Shown here piece by piece: positions 21,108-31,324 of a stretch of 64,000 nucleotides of DNA (positions are counted from its first letter, which is position 1; each line of letters starts with the position of its first letter). Source of the stretch: an uncultured Parachlamydiaceae bacterium (GTDB taxonomy: Bacteria > Chlamydiota > Chlamydiia > Chlamydiales > Parachlamydiaceae); contig CAVULX010000003.1 in NCBI GenBank assembly GCA_963742415.1, positions 416,001-480,000 of the forward strand. Direction: 5' to 3'. Under the pieces are notes generated by a model. The model saw only the letters and a list, made by a program, of their open reading frames with translations, did not search any database and was not told where the DNA came from. A program made the translations under genes and the position numbers.

Positions 21108-22406
21108 TTACGATTTGAGTTCTTTTTCTTTGTCTTTGAGACTTTTTAAAGAATAGGTCTCATGATCAGTAGGGAGCAATGAAAGCAATTTATATAAATC
21201 CCATTTCTTTTTTGTCCCGTCCTTCCTACCCTCATAAATATGGTCATAGTTTTGTTTATCATCTCGGATAAAATTTTTGCATATCTTTCTAAGCTCATCT
21301 TCTTTCTTATCAATGGCTCTTGAAGCAATAATGGCAAAATTTTCTCTCGTAATTTGATCTTTTAGATGTTGAAAACATACCTCCTTGAGACCTTTATAGC
21401 CGATATCATTTGCAGTATCAATCATTGTAAAAATTTGCTCCATTGACCTATCTTTTAATAAATCTTTAGTGTTGTGGAATTCGGGATTGACTCTAAAAAA
21501 CCAGTGACAAACCTGTATAAGCCCTTTATGTTTGAGCTTTGTGCAAGCAATCGCAATATCCAATACGGCTTGCGGCTTAATTGGTGCCTCTTTTATCCAC
21601 ATTCCAATCATTTGTTCCAAAGTCTTGGCACATAAAACTTCAAGAGAATCGATTTGTAAAGCATTGGCGCAATTCAACAAATCTATCGTTTTATTTGGAT
21701 CTTTCAAAAAACTTTCGTCGACTTGCGTAGTATATAGATGCCTCATGAGTTCCTTAAAGACCTCTTTTGAGGGGGCTATTTTTAAAGTAATGGGTTCAGC
21801 TAAACGGGCATCATTCATTCCAATGAACATCGCATGCAAAACAGGAGAAGCCGATAAAATCAACTTATGGGCTGCAAACACCTCGCTTTCCACCCTAAAT
21901 TCTACATCCACTAGATCTTTAGCTTTATAACGGTCCCACCAGACTCCACAATAGCTAAAAGATTTCGACAACTCAGGCAACATAGGTTTTGGAATTAAAT
22001 AAAGATTATCAGACTTCCAGGAAATTACCGCTTCAAAATCAGCAGAATCAACCCTTTTTAATGAACTTGTTACACCACGCTTACTAAAAAGTATGGAATG
22101 CGCAACTTTGTTAATTTCATTACAGGCATCATATTCATTGCTGGTAAGAGTATATTTTTTAAAATTCGACTTAAACTCAAGCTTATTTACTGTCACAGAA
22201 CCCGCGCCTGAATTTAGACCCTCCAGCGATTTTAGAAGGAGAAAATTGCAGAGATCGACAACCATATCTATAACATTTGATTCATTGGAACCAAAGTTTG
22301 TAATAGCGCTCTTTAATTTTTTTACCTCCTCAGAACTTACCTCATCTTTTCTTATAAGTAATTTATATGGTCCTAAAAGTGCATTACTACCACTAGCGCC
22401 TTCCAT
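21108..22406 (-). CDS. BTB/POZ domain protein (paralogue 2), candidate effector
   Basis: DVEFRV...FAAHKLILSASPVLHAMF...LMRHLYT BTB signature. Confidence 0.88.
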   Translation of the reverse strand: MEGASGSNALLGPYKLLIRKDEVSSEEVKKLKSAITNFGSNESNVIDMVVDLCNFLLLKSLEGLNSGAGSVTVNKLEFKSNFKKYTLTSNEYDACNEINKVAHSILFSKRGVTSSLKRVDSADFEAVISWKSDNLYLIPKPMLPELSKSFSYCGVWWDRYKAKDLVDVEFRVESEVFAAHKLILSASPVLHAMFIGMNDARLAEPITLKIAPSKEVFKELMRHLYTTQVDESFLKDPNKTIDLLNCANALQIDSLEVLCAKTLEQMIGMWIKEAPIKPQAVLDIAIACTKLKHKGLIQVCHWFFRVNPEFHNTKDLLKDRSMEQIFTMIDTANDIGYKGLKEVCFQHLKDQITRENFAIIASRAIDKKEDELRKICKNFIRDDKQNYDHIYEGRKDGTKKKWDLYKLLSLLPTDHETYSLKSLKDKEKELKS

Positions 22407-22617
22407 TTTACCCTCCCACTGTAAATAATTTTATTTAATTATTTAACATCTCAAGGATATTGACGAAAATATAAAATTAACTTTGTAGGCAGAAGACTGC
22501 ACCGAAAAGTAAACTTGGCTTACGAAATGAAGATAAAAAGTAAACGCAAAGGCGATGCAAAAAAATAGATTTTTCCCACCCTTTGCGTTTACATTATACG
22601 ACGCGCAACATAACGCT

Positions 22618-23946
22618 CTAAGGTTTTTCTTTGTCTTTGCCTTTGTCTTTGTCTTTATAGTCTTCGCTTACTGAACTTACATTAGCAAGGACATAGCTCT
22701 TATGGCCTTCAGGGACTAATGAGAGCGTCTTATATAATCCCCATTCCTCTACTGCCAAGTTCTTTCTATGATTATAAATGTAATTATAGTTGTCTTCATT
22801 GGCTTTAATGAAACTCACGCCTATTTCTTGAAGAACTTTATCTTTGGAATAAACGGTTCTTTCAGCAATAGTTTTAAAATTTTGTAGGCTAATTTGTTGT
22901 TTTATATTTTGATAACAGATCTTTTTGAGATCATTATATCCAAGAGCATGGGCTGTATCAATAATAGTAAGGATTTCTTCTAAGGACTTATCTTTTAATA
23001 AACTTTCAATTTCATAGAATTGAGGGTTGATTTTAAAAAACCACTTACAGATATTCATGAGACCTTCATGTTGGGTTGCACAGGAAGCTATTGCAATATC
23101 CAAAACAACTTGAGGCTTTTTCATCTCTACAGAGATCATTGCTCCCAAAGAGTGGGCGCATTGAGCTTTAAGAGCCTCGATTTGTAAAGCGTTGGCACCC
23201 ATAAATAAGTCTAAGGTTTTATTTGCATCTTTTAAAAAACTTTCATCTACTTTTCTAGTATATAGATGCCTCATAAGTTCCTCAAAAGCCTCTTTAGAGT
23301 ACACGTAAGGAAAATTAATAGGCTCATTTGAAGTGGCTTCCTTCATTGGTCCCATGAACATTGCATATAAAACAGGAGAAACGAGTAAAGGAAACTTATG
23401 GGCTGCAATTTCTTCATTTTCTGCTTCTCCCACTAAAAATTTTACATCTGTTCCTGTTTTATTTATATAAAGCTTCCAATGCTCTTCGCCATAACTCAAC
23501 GATGTCGGCACGGGAGGCAAAACAGGTTTTGGGTTCAAATAAGGATTTTTTTGATCCCAAGAAATTTTTATATTAAAATCTTCTTCATTGCCTTTGATTA
23601 ATAAACAGTTCACACCACGGTTTTTGAAAAGTATGGAATTTATAACTTCGCTAATTGATCCACATCCAGCTATCTCTGTTGTTTTGCCATTAATTTTATA
23701 ATCTTCCAAACATGACTTAAATTCGATTTTATTGATTTGCGCAGAGGTAGACCCTAAATCTGCTGCTTCTTGCGATTTATTAAGGATAATGGTGCAAAGC
23801 TTATTTGTTATCTTCTCGGCATATGAAACCGTCATATGTTGCAGAGAAAGGCTCCTTATTTTATCAAAACCGGCTTCACATATTTCCTGTGATGTTAAAT
23901 AAAGATTATTCATTCTTGGATCTAAACCACTACTACATCCTTCCAT
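22618..23946 (-). CDS. BTB/POZ domain protein (paralogue 3), candidate effector
   Basis: TDVKFLVG...AHKFPLLVSPVLYAMFMGPMKE...LMRHLYT; start MEG at 23946 after GGAGG RBS. Confidence 0.88.
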   Translation of the reverse strand: MEGCSSGLDPRMNNLYLTSQEICEAGFDKIRSLSLQHMTVSYAEKITNKLCTIILNKSQEAADLGSTSAQINKIEFKSCLEDYKINGKTTEIAGCGSISEVINSILFKNRGVNCLLIKGNEEDFNIKISWDQKNPYLNPKPVLPPVPTSLSYGEEHWKLYINKTGTDVKFLVGEAENEEIAAHKFPLLVSPVLYAMFMGPMKEATSNEPINFPYVYSKEAFEELMRHLYTRKVDESFLKDANKTLDLFMGANALQIEALKAQCAHSLGAMISVEMKKPQVVLDIAIASCATQHEGLMNICKWFFKINPQFYEIESLLKDKSLEEILTIIDTAHALGYNDLKKICYQNIKQQISLQNFKTIAERTVYSKDKVLQEIGVSFIKANEDNYNYIYNHRKNLAVEEWGLYKTLSLVPEGHKSYVLANVSSVSEDYKDKDKGKDKEKP

Positions 23947-24209
23947 TTTATCCTCCAACTGAAAAAAAATTAAACAATGGTAATCTTATAACACCTTCTA
24001 TAAATTAACTCAACTTTAAAAGTTAGTTATATAGTTAGTTGTAAAATCATCGTTTTAATAAAAACTATTACAATAGATTTATACAGTCTAACTTCCCTCC
24101 GTTTACCTGTCATTCATAAACGCCTTGCCAGCAAAATAGAATGAAATTCTCTTCCCTGTTTTCCCTTTTTCCTTTATCTTTGCCCTTCTACTTTTTGAAG
24201 GAGCCTTCC

Positions 24210-24968
24210 ATGAAGAAGCAAGCGATTGCCATCAGCAGTTTCAAAGGGGGAACAGCCAAAACCTCGACAGCCCTCCACCTCGGGGCTGCACTAGCTAAAT
24301 TCCATAAGAAAAAAGTTCTCCTCATCGACTTCGATGCCCAAGCCAACTTAACCACAGGTCTCGGATTTGACCCCGATGAAAATGATAGCTTGGCTCCCGT
24401 GCTGCAAGGGAAAAAAACTCTCGAAGAGGTCATCAAAAAAACCTCTCAACCTCTTTTAGACCTCATCCCGGCCGACACTTGGCTCGAAAGGGTCGAAGTG
24501 ACCGGAGCCCTCGCCGCCGACCGGTATTCCCACGAAAGGCTTCGGGATATTATTGATCCCCTTCCTTATCACTTCGTGATCATCGATACGCCCCCTTCTC
24601 TTTGCTGGCTGACTGAATCGGCACTGATCGCTGCCCAGCATACCCTCGTCTGCGTCACCCCCGAATTCTACAGCGTCAAAGGGCTCGAACGTCTTTCCCA
24701 CTTCATGGGCAGCATCGGTCAAAGGCATCCCCTCAATGTCCTGGGCGTCCTTTTATCCTTCTGGAACGCCCGCGGCAAAAACAACACCGCCTTTTTAGAT
24801 GTAATCGAAAAGACCTTTCCCAAAAAACTGCTCACCTCTCGGGTGCGTAAAGATATCGCTGTGTCGGAAGCTTCCATCCATGGGAAGCCTGTCTTTGAGA
24901 CGGTGCCGGAAAGCCGCGCTGCCGATGATTATGAAGCTTTATCAAAAGAGATCCTAAAAAGGCTATAG
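24210..24968 (+). CDS. parA: ParA/MinD-family ATPase (chlamydial CT582/pGP5-like)
   Basis: Deviant Walker A FKGGTAKTS, DFDAQANLT, IDTPPS; start MKKQ at 24210 after GAAGGAG. Confidence 0.9.
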   Translation: MKKQAIAISSFKGGTAKTSTALHLGAALAKFHKKKVLLIDFDAQANLTTGLGFDPDENDSLAPVLQGKKTLEEVIKKTSQPLLDLIPADTWLERVEVTGALAADRYSHERLRDIIDPLPYHFVIIDTPPSLCWLTESALIAAQHTLVCVTPEFYSVKGLERLSHFMGSIGQRHPLNVLGVLLSFWNARGKNNTAFLDVIEKTFPKKLLTSRVRKDIAVSEASIHGKPVFETVPESRAADDYEALSKEILKRL

Positions 24969-25064
24969 AATAGATCCAAAACCCTTTTTGAAAGAGGATC
25001 TCTTAAATTTTAACTCCTCAAAAAAGGGCTGATGTAAAACCGCTTTACATTGCGAGGTTGTGTT

Positions 25065-25799
25065 ATGAGTCATGTGAATACTTTGTTGGAACAACGGCTG
25101 AAGAAGAGCTCCCATTCGTCTAAAATGGCTGAAATGGCCCTGCAATCCGCCAGCGGAAACCTCACCAGCTTTTCCGGCGTGTTCAATGTCACCGAACTGA
25201 ACGCTAAAGAAAAAGAGCTCCTCCGCATGCTGCTGAAGGAGTTTTCGACCGGAAAAGCAGACATCGCTTCCGACTTGCCGGCCCTGATTTCCATTACATC
25301 GGAAGTCAAAGCCATCAACAATCAGGCGGCCATCCTGCATGGTGAACGGATCAAAAAGGCGCAAAAAATCCTCATCAATTATAAGGAAGGGGCTTTCACC
25401 TGCTGGCTCTTGGCGACCTATGGAAACCGTCAAACCCCTTATAATTTTCTCCAATATTATGAATTTTACGAACATTTTCCGAAAACGCTTCAATCAAAAC
25501 TGGATGAAATGCCCCGTCAAGCTGTCTACACGTTAGCCAGCCGGCAAGGACCCATGGAGCTCAAGCAAAAAATCGTCGAAAATTACCAAGGTGAAACAAA
25601 AACGGAATTGCTTGTTAAGATCCGGGAGCTTTTTCCCCTTTCCACCGACGACAAACGGGCGCAAGACCCAGCAGAAAACCTTATCCTAGCGTTGACAAAA
25701 ATCGTAAAGACCGCTCAAAGGTCGACTCCAACCTTGACGAAAAATCAAAAACAATCCATCACTTACTTATTAAACGAGTTGAAAAAAATAATTCTTTAA
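25065..25799 (+). CDS. CT583/pGP6-D family protein
   Basis: EVKAINNQAAILHGERIKKAQ, YGNRQTPYNFLQYYE, MPRQAVYTLASR typical of chlamydial pGP6-D; follows parA. Confidence 0.9.
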   Translation: MSHVNTLLEQRLKKSSHSSKMAEMALQSASGNLTSFSGVFNVTELNAKEKELLRMLLKEFSTGKADIASDLPALISITSEVKAINNQAAILHGERIKKAQKILINYKEGAFTCWLLATYGNRQTPYNFLQYYEFYEHFPKTLQSKLDEMPRQAVYTLASRQGPMELKQKIVENYQGETKTELLVKIRELFPLSTDDKRAQDPAENLILALTKIVKTAQRSTPTLTKNQKQSITYLLNELKKIIL

Positions 25800-25816
25800 A
25801 AAATTTTGGGTGGAGC

Positions 25817-27205
25817 ATGAATTCTCACAATCAGTATGAAAGCCCCCTGGCTGAGCGGTATGCCAGCCAAGAGATGTTGTCCCTATTTTCCGCCCGGTTT
25901 AAATTTATCACCTGGCGAAGGTTATGGATAGCCCTGGCACAGGCCCAGCAAGAGCTTGGCTTAGAAATCACTCCGGAACAAATTCAAGAGCTTATCGATC
26001 ATAGCGAAGAGATCGACTTTGAAAAGGCGGCTGCGTATGAAAAACAATTTCATCATGATGTGATGGCTCACATTCATGCTTACGGCGACCTATGCCCCTT
26101 AGCCCGTCCCATCATCCATCTAGGAGCCACCTCCTCTTTTGTCAATGATAATACCGACATCATTCAAATGAGGGATGGATTGCACCTTCTTTCGATTAAG
26201 GTCAAAAGGATTATCCATCAGCTTGCCGATTTTGCTAAAAAAAATGCCTCTGTACCTTGCCTTGGGTTTACACACTTTCAGCCTGCACAGCTGACAACGG
26301 TCGGAAAACGAGCTTGCTTATGGATACAAGAATTCTTGATCGACTACCAGGAAATGGTGCATCGGATGGACTCCCTCCGCTTTTTAGGCGTCAAGGGGGC
26401 CATCGGCACCCAAGCTTCATTTTTAGCCTTGTTTGGGGGAGATCATAAGAAAGTTGTCGAATTGGAACAGCGGGTGGCAAAAAAAATGGGTTTTTCCGAT
26501 TCTTACCGGATCGCCAGCCAAACTTATACTAGAAAGATAGATTCCCTTGTGGTCGATTCCTTAGCAGGATTTGCTGCCAGCGCGCATAAATTCGGCACCG
26601 ACTTGCGGCTGCTAGCCCATCTCAAAGAAATGGAAGAACCATTCTCGGAAAAGCAAATAGGGTCTTCGGCCATGCCCTACAAACGGAATCCGATCCTCAG
26701 CGAGCGGATCTGCGGCCTGGCTCGCTTTTTAATCGCTTTAAGCAGCAATCCCCCCTATACCTCTGCAGTCCAATGGCTGGAGAGGAGCCTGGATGATTCG
26801 GCCAACCGCCGTCTAACTATACCCGAAGCCTTTTTAACCGCTGATGCTATTGCGGAACTCCTCCTTAACATCACAAAAAATATGGTCATCCATCCCGCGG
26901 TGATGAAGAAGAATATCGAAGAGGAATTGCCTTTCATTGCCACAGAGAACATCTTGATGGCGGCTGTCAAAAAAGGGGGGGATAGGCAAACCTTGCATGA
27001 ACTGCTAAGGGTTCACAGCCACGCCACCGCCAATGCCGTAAAAGCAGGCTATGAAAGAATGCCCCTTCTAAAGCAAATTGAGCAGGATCCTGCTTTTGGG
27101 TTGACCCCTCATGAACTTGAAGAGATCCTCAAAATCGAAAACTTCATCGGCCGCGCTCCCCAGCAAGTTGATGAATTTTTGAATGAAGAAGTCTCCAAAA
27201 TTTAA
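25817..27205 (+). CDS. purB: Adenylosuccinate lyase
   Basis: HDVMAH, HLGATS, GFTHFQPAQLTTVGKR, fumarate-lyase signature GSSAMPYKRNP. Confidence 0.96.
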   Translation: MNSHNQYESPLAERYASQEMLSLFSARFKFITWRRLWIALAQAQQELGLEITPEQIQELIDHSEEIDFEKAAAYEKQFHHDVMAHIHAYGDLCPLARPIIHLGATSSFVNDNTDIIQMRDGLHLLSIKVKRIIHQLADFAKKNASVPCLGFTHFQPAQLTTVGKRACLWIQEFLIDYQEMVHRMDSLRFLGVKGAIGTQASFLALFGGDHKKVVELEQRVAKKMGFSDSYRIASQTYTRKIDSLVVDSLAGFAASAHKFGTDLRLLAHLKEMEEPFSEKQIGSSAMPYKRNPILSERICGLARFLIALSSNPPYTSAVQWLERSLDDSANRRLTIPEAFLTADAIAELLLNITKNMVIHPAVMKKNIEEELPFIATENILMAAVKKGGDRQTLHELLRVHSHATANAVKAGYERMPLLKQIEQDPAFGLTPHELEEILKIENFIGRAPQQVDEFLNEEVSKI

Positions 27206-27277
27206 TTCGCTTGAAACATAAAAAATCGCTGAGCCATCGAGAACAGTGTGATAACAAGAGATAGCTCCTAAGCAACT

Positions 27278-27454
27278 AGGCACAGAGAAAAAACAGGATA
27301 AGCAAGATCGTAAACGGCAGGATAAACAAGATATTGAATAAAGAGTAAGAATGTGCGGATATGATTAAGTAGACTATTCAAAAAAATTGTTTTTTATCCC
27401 GCTTATCCTGCCGTTTACGATCCTGCTTATCCTGTTTTTTCCTTCTCTGTGCCT
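27278..27454. repeat. Imperfect long inverted repeat built of short CAGGATAA-type units
   Basis: AGGCACAGAGAA...CAGGATAAGCAAGATCGTAAACGGCAGGATAA mirrored by TTATCCTGCCGTTTACGATCCTGCTTATCCTG...TTCTCTGTGCCT. Confidence 0.75.
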
Positions 27455-27647
27455 CCTAAGTGACTTCTCTTAAGTTACTGATTTTGACAATCTAAAATCA
27501 ACTTACCTAGGGATTTCAGAAGTGAGGGAGAAAATAACAAATTGAACCAACTACCCGCACCTCCCCCCGCTTTGTGGTAATTTTTTAAAATAGTTTGTAC
27601 TTTTTCCTAAGGATGAGCAAAATGGGCTCATCAACCAGGAGACTAAC

Positions 27648-27830
27648 ATGATAGGTACAGGGGAGCTTCTCGCCATCTTATGCGTTGTCCTGCTCCTTTT
27701 CGGCGGAAAGAAATTGCCTGAATTCGCCAAAAGCCTTGGAAAGGGGATCCGGGAATTCAAAAAGGCCTGTCAAGGGGTTGAAGATGAACCTGAGGAAAAA
27801 ATCATCCCCATCGATGAAGAAAAAAAATAG
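27648..27830 (+). CDS. tatA: Twin-arginine translocase subunit TatA
   Basis: [25 protein letters not shown] signature. Confidence 0.95.
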   Translation: MIGTGELLAILCVVLLLFGGKKLPEFAKSLGKGIREFKKACQGVEDEPEEKIIPIDEEKK

Positions 27831-27895
27831 GCTTAAAAACCTTCTTTAAATAGAGCCTTGATATACCGAACGTGAGTCAAACGTGTTGAAGTTTC

Positions 27896-28795
27896 ATGCC
27901 TGAAGAAGATACACTCGCTCCTATTTGGAACCACCTTTTAGAACTGCGTCAAACATTTATCGCCTGCTTTATCTGTTTTGTCATTGCGATGGCAGGGAGC
28001 CTTTACTTTTACCAAGAGATTTTTACCGTTATAACTAAACCCCTTCAAACCAGCTTTCCTCAAAGCGCTCTTTTACATCAAAAACTGCAACGGGAACGGA
28101 TGACCAACCAAACCTTGCTTACTACTACCTATTCGCTCCCTCCATCTTCTTCTGTTTCATCCAAATCCGCTAAAGTTCAACAAGTAGATCATCACATGTT
28201 TGTAATTCCTCCCGGGGAATACCTCGAACTCGACACTCCGTTAACCCCGGCGACTTCTTTGGCTATCTTTGGACCTGTCGATGGGATTTCCACTGTTTTT
28301 AAAGCCTGTTTTTGGTTTAGCCTCATCATTTCTTCCCCCTTTCTCTTTTTCCTTATTTTCCGCTTTGTAGCTCCAGGCTTGCACAAACATGAAAAAAGAC
28401 TCTCTGTCTATTTTTTTGCTCTGTCTATTCTTTTTTTAATGGCAGGTTTTGCTTCTGCCTATTTCATTACAATCCCCTTAGCCAACCGTTATCTGCAGAT
28501 GTTCAACGGAAATCTAGGGACAAACCTATGGTCTCTGCCCCTGTATTTTGACTATACTTTTTTCTTAATGCTTGCGAATGGATTTGCTTTTGAGGGAGGT
28601 TTGGTTTTATTGACCTTGGTTCACCTCAGAATCCTGAACTTAGAAACACTCATCTCAAAACGGAGGCACATGATTGTCCTCGCGTTTATCTTGGGCGCCG
28701 TATTGACGCCTCCCGATGTGCTGACACAAATTTTATTGGCCGGGTCCTTTATCATCTTATATGAGTTCACTATCCTTTATGCCAAAATCCGATAA
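27896..28795 (+). CDS. tatC: Twin-arginine translocase subunit TatC
   Basis: HLLELR, FVAPGL..HEKR, GFAFE, AVLTPPD, LYE motifs; enlarged first periplasmic loop. Confidence 0.92.
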   Translation: MPEEDTLAPIWNHLLELRQTFIACFICFVIAMAGSLYFYQEIFTVITKPLQTSFPQSALLHQKLQRERMTNQTLLTTTYSLPPSSSVSSKSAKVQQVDHHMFVIPPGEYLELDTPLTPATSLAIFGPVDGISTVFKACFWFSLIISSPFLFFLIFRFVAPGLHKHEKRLSVYFFALSILFLMAGFASAYFITIPLANRYLQMFNGNLGTNLWSLPLYFDYTFFLMLANGFAFEGGLVLLTLVHLRILNLETLISKRRHMIVLAFILGAVLTPPDVLTQILLAGSFIILYEFTILYAKIR

Positions 28796-28799
28796 TTCC

Positions 28800-29195
28800 T
28801 CATGGAACACGCACATGAACCAAGTCATTTTTATCGTGCTCATCCAAATAAAAACGCCACTCATCTGCAAGCCAACTGAAATCTTCTAAAAGCTCTCTAA
28901 ATTTATCACCATTTAAATGCTCAAGAGCCCCAAAATAATTTAAATAAATCTTAAAATTAGCCTCATCAATAGATAAATTAGTTTTGATGCCTGTCTGGGG
29001 AAAAGGGGTCTTTTGCGAAAGACAATGCCTTACGCTTTTCGGAATAAAATTTCCTCCGAAATATACGGGAGTCGATAAGGAAAATGTCGAAGCGTGATCT
29101 AATACCCGTATAGTAATATTAGATCCTCCCAATTCAATTTGCGCCATATCATCCTTGATCAACTGTTGAAATAGATGTTTCAATTGGTTATTCAT
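28800..29195 (-). CDS. Hypothetical protein (chlamydial conserved)
   Basis: 131-aa ORF with good start context; no motif recognised. Confidence 0.65.
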   Translation of the reverse strand: MNNQLKHLFQQLIKDDMAQIELGGSNITIRVLDHASTFSLSTPVYFGGNFIPKSVRHCLSQKTPFPQTGIKTNLSIDEANFKIYLNYFGALEHLNGDKFRELLEDFSWLADEWRFYLDEHDKNDLVHVRVP

Positions 29196-29378
29196 TGTAA
29201 ATAATCCTTTTACTATTAGTTAAATTTATCGAAAAAATTCATATAAACATAACTAAATATTCAACCCTATACTTATATTATAATTTAAAATGAAAAAAAA
29301 TCGAAATATAAAAAAAACCGGTAGTCATTTACCCACCGGAAAGGGTGCTCGAAACGATTGAACAAAGCTATAAGACCG

Positions 29379-29711
29379 TCAAGTTTGCATTTGCATGAGT
29401 TCTTGACAAGCTTGGCGCAGCTGTTTGCTGATCTCCATCATAGAATTAAACATGCTCTCGGCATCTTCCATTGCGAGACGGACAGCTTCCCTCTCTCCAA
29501 TAGAACTTCCCCCCATGGCGTTCTGTGTGCGCCCAACTTCATGGTAATAAGATAGAAGCTTATTAAATGCGTTGGCATTTTCTAGATGAGAAGCTTCCTG
29601 AGTATTCGATAAATGAACTTGTAAGTCGCCATCTTTAGGAAGTGGGCCTTCACGCACCTTTGTTTTATATGGCATCAACTTATCAATTTTATAGAATTCA
29701 TTTTCACTCAT
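29379..29711 (-). CDS. Hypothetical protein (chlamydial conserved)
   Basis: 110-aa ORF with AGGTGAG RBS, helical C-terminus. Confidence 0.65.
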   Translation of the reverse strand: MSENEFYKIDKLMPYKTKVREGPLPKDGDLQVHLSNTQEASHLENANAFNKLLSYYHEVGRTQNAMGGSSIGEREAVRLAMEDAESMFNSMMEISKQLRQACQELMQMQT

Positions 29712-29907
29712 ACATTTCTCACCTAATTAAAATTGATTATAGAAACCCCTTTATCAAAAATGCAAATTCCATGCCGCCGGCTATCCCAGGGAAATGGTCA
29801 ATGAACGCTTACAAATTTTGCCTTTTTCGGCACCTTTTGCCTTCATTTTTTACCTTATCGGCATATATTTCCATATATAAACTAATGCCCATTTTGTGTC
29901 TAAAAAA

Positions 29908-30609
29908 CTAATTAATTATCGCCCAATCGATAGAAGATTTTCCCCATTGGATCAGTTGTTTGTTAATCTTTGAGAAATGGCGGCAACCGAAAAACCCCTG
30001 ATGTGCCGAAAAAGGGGAAGGGTGTGCAGCGGTCAATAAGAGGTGCTGAGAACCGTTTAACCCTTTGATTCTTTTGCATTTATCTTGGGCAGATTTCCCC
30101 CAGAGAACAAAAATCACAGGATCTTGCCGATGGCATAAAGCTTCGATGACGCTATCGGTGAACCTTTCCCACCCTTTGCTATGGTGGGACATCGGATCGC
30201 TTTGCCGGACGGTTAATGTGGCATTGAGCAGCATGACCCCTTGCTTAGCCCAGGGAAGTAAGCACCCATTTTTTGATTGTGGAACCCCTAAATCCGCCTC
30301 TAGCTCTTTAAAAATGTTTTGGAGAGAAGGGGGCAAGGGCACCCCTTTTGGAACGCTAAAGCTAAGTCCGTGGGCTTGCCCGGGACCGTGGTAAGGATCT
30401 TGCCCCATAATCAATACTTTAACTTGATCATATTGCGTTTGCCAAAAGGCATTAAAGACCAGATCGGATGGGGGATATATGGAGGCTCCGCTGGATCGTT
30501 CCCCTTCGACGAAGGAGGCTAATTGAAAGATATAGGGTTTTTCGAGCTCATCTTTTAAGACTTTTTTCCATGACGGTTCTAGAGGGAAGGGGGAGTATTT
30601 GGGGGGCAT
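29908..30609 (-). CDS. ung: Uracil-DNA glycosylase
   Basis: GQDPYHGPGQAHGLSFSV, LLNATLTV, HPSPFSA. Confidence 0.97.
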   Translation of the reverse strand: MPPKYSPFPLEPSWKKVLKDELEKPYIFQLASFVEGERSSGASIYPPSDLVFNAFWQTQYDQVKVLIMGQDPYHGPGQAHGLSFSVPKGVPLPPSLQNIFKELEADLGVPQSKNGCLLPWAKQGVMLLNATLTVRQSDPMSHHSKGWERFTDSVIEALCHRQDPVIFVLWGKSAQDKCKRIKGLNGSQHLLLTAAHPSPFSAHQGFFGCRHFSKINKQLIQWGKSSIDWAIIN

Positions 30610-30701
30610 CTGTTTTTTTTCCTTGGATAAAATGGGTGAAAGTCAGTGTATCAAAGAGGGAAATTTAGGAGTAGGTGGTTGAAGGGAGAAATCTTTTTTT
30701 C

Positions 30702-30730
30702 TTGACGCTAAGAAAAATAGGAAATATATT
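30702..30730 (+). promoter_or_regulatory. Putative sigma66/sigma70 promoter
   Basis: TTGACG-17 bp-TATATT upstream of the 30759 gene and the tRNA-Pro 5' half. Confidence 0.55.
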
Positions 30731-30758
30731 AGAGCGATTTCAGAGAGGAAGATTATTT

Positions 30759-31013
30759 ATGACAAGTATAGCAGAAAACAATCTTGTCCGTTTTATCAAT
30801 ATCTCCAAAAAGAAAGCGGGGATATTTGCCAATTTTAAGGTTAAAGGGATCAAAGGGGGGACGACTTTTAGCGCCTCTATTTGTGTGGATATTTCGGCGG
30901 CGGAGGTGGATCCGGGGGATTCTTTGGAAAAGATTATCGAAGAATGTGCGCGGATGGCTGTCCGTGATTTCAAAAAGTCGGAATATCAGTTCGAAGGTCT
31001 CGCCGCGATTTAA
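30759..31013 (+). CDS. Small conserved chlamydial hypothetical protein
   Basis: ATG at 30759 after GAGGAAG; MTSIAENNLVRFINISKKK... Confidence 0.7.
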   Translation: MTSIAENNLVRFINISKKKAGIFANFKVKGIKGGTTFSASICVDISAAEVDPGDSLEKIIEECARMAVRDFKKSEYQFEGLAAI

Positions 31014-31020
31014 TTTTCAT

Positions 31021-31047
31021 CTGGGTGTAGCGCAGCTTGGCTAGCGC
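31021..31047 (+). tRNA. tRNA-Pro(GGG) 5' fragment (acceptor 5' strand + D-arm), interrupted
   Basis: CTGGGTG TA GCGC AGCTTGGCTA GCGC; acceptor strand pairs 7/7 with CACCCAG at 34261-34267. Confidence 0.85.
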
Positions 31048-31250
31048 TTAGCCTGCATATTGCCGTTCAGAGCCTCCTCTTCAACTTTCTTACAGATCTT
31101 GTCCAAAGAGCCCTCTAAAAGCGCTTCTGCGGCTAACGAAGATTTGTTTCGAGCTCCTTTCGGCTTGCCCTTAGGGTTGCCGGAATGACCCTTCATGTAC
31201 TTCCCTCTAGCCTGTATTTTCCCTGAATTTTCAGGAGATTTAGATTCCAT
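31041..31250 (-). pseudogene. DUF5681-domain protein, C-terminally truncated at the tRNA junction
   Basis: KGHSGNPKGKPKGARNK DUF5681 motif; ends GNMQAKR* inside the tRNA 5' half, whereas the paralogue at 39431-39703 continues GNLQAMKMVLDR... Confidence 0.7.
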
Positions 31251-31324
31251 GAGCTCCTTCCGAATCTTGATGGTATTGGCGATAGCAATCTATGAGCATT
31301 TCTCTAAAAGCTTCTGGAGGCAGC

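Noticed and set aside
24210-25799. Integrated chlamydial plasmid (pGP5/pGP6 homologues)
   Set aside because: Chromosomal parA/pGP6-D paralogues next to thrS are a conserved chlamydial feature, and no other plasmid genes are adjacent.
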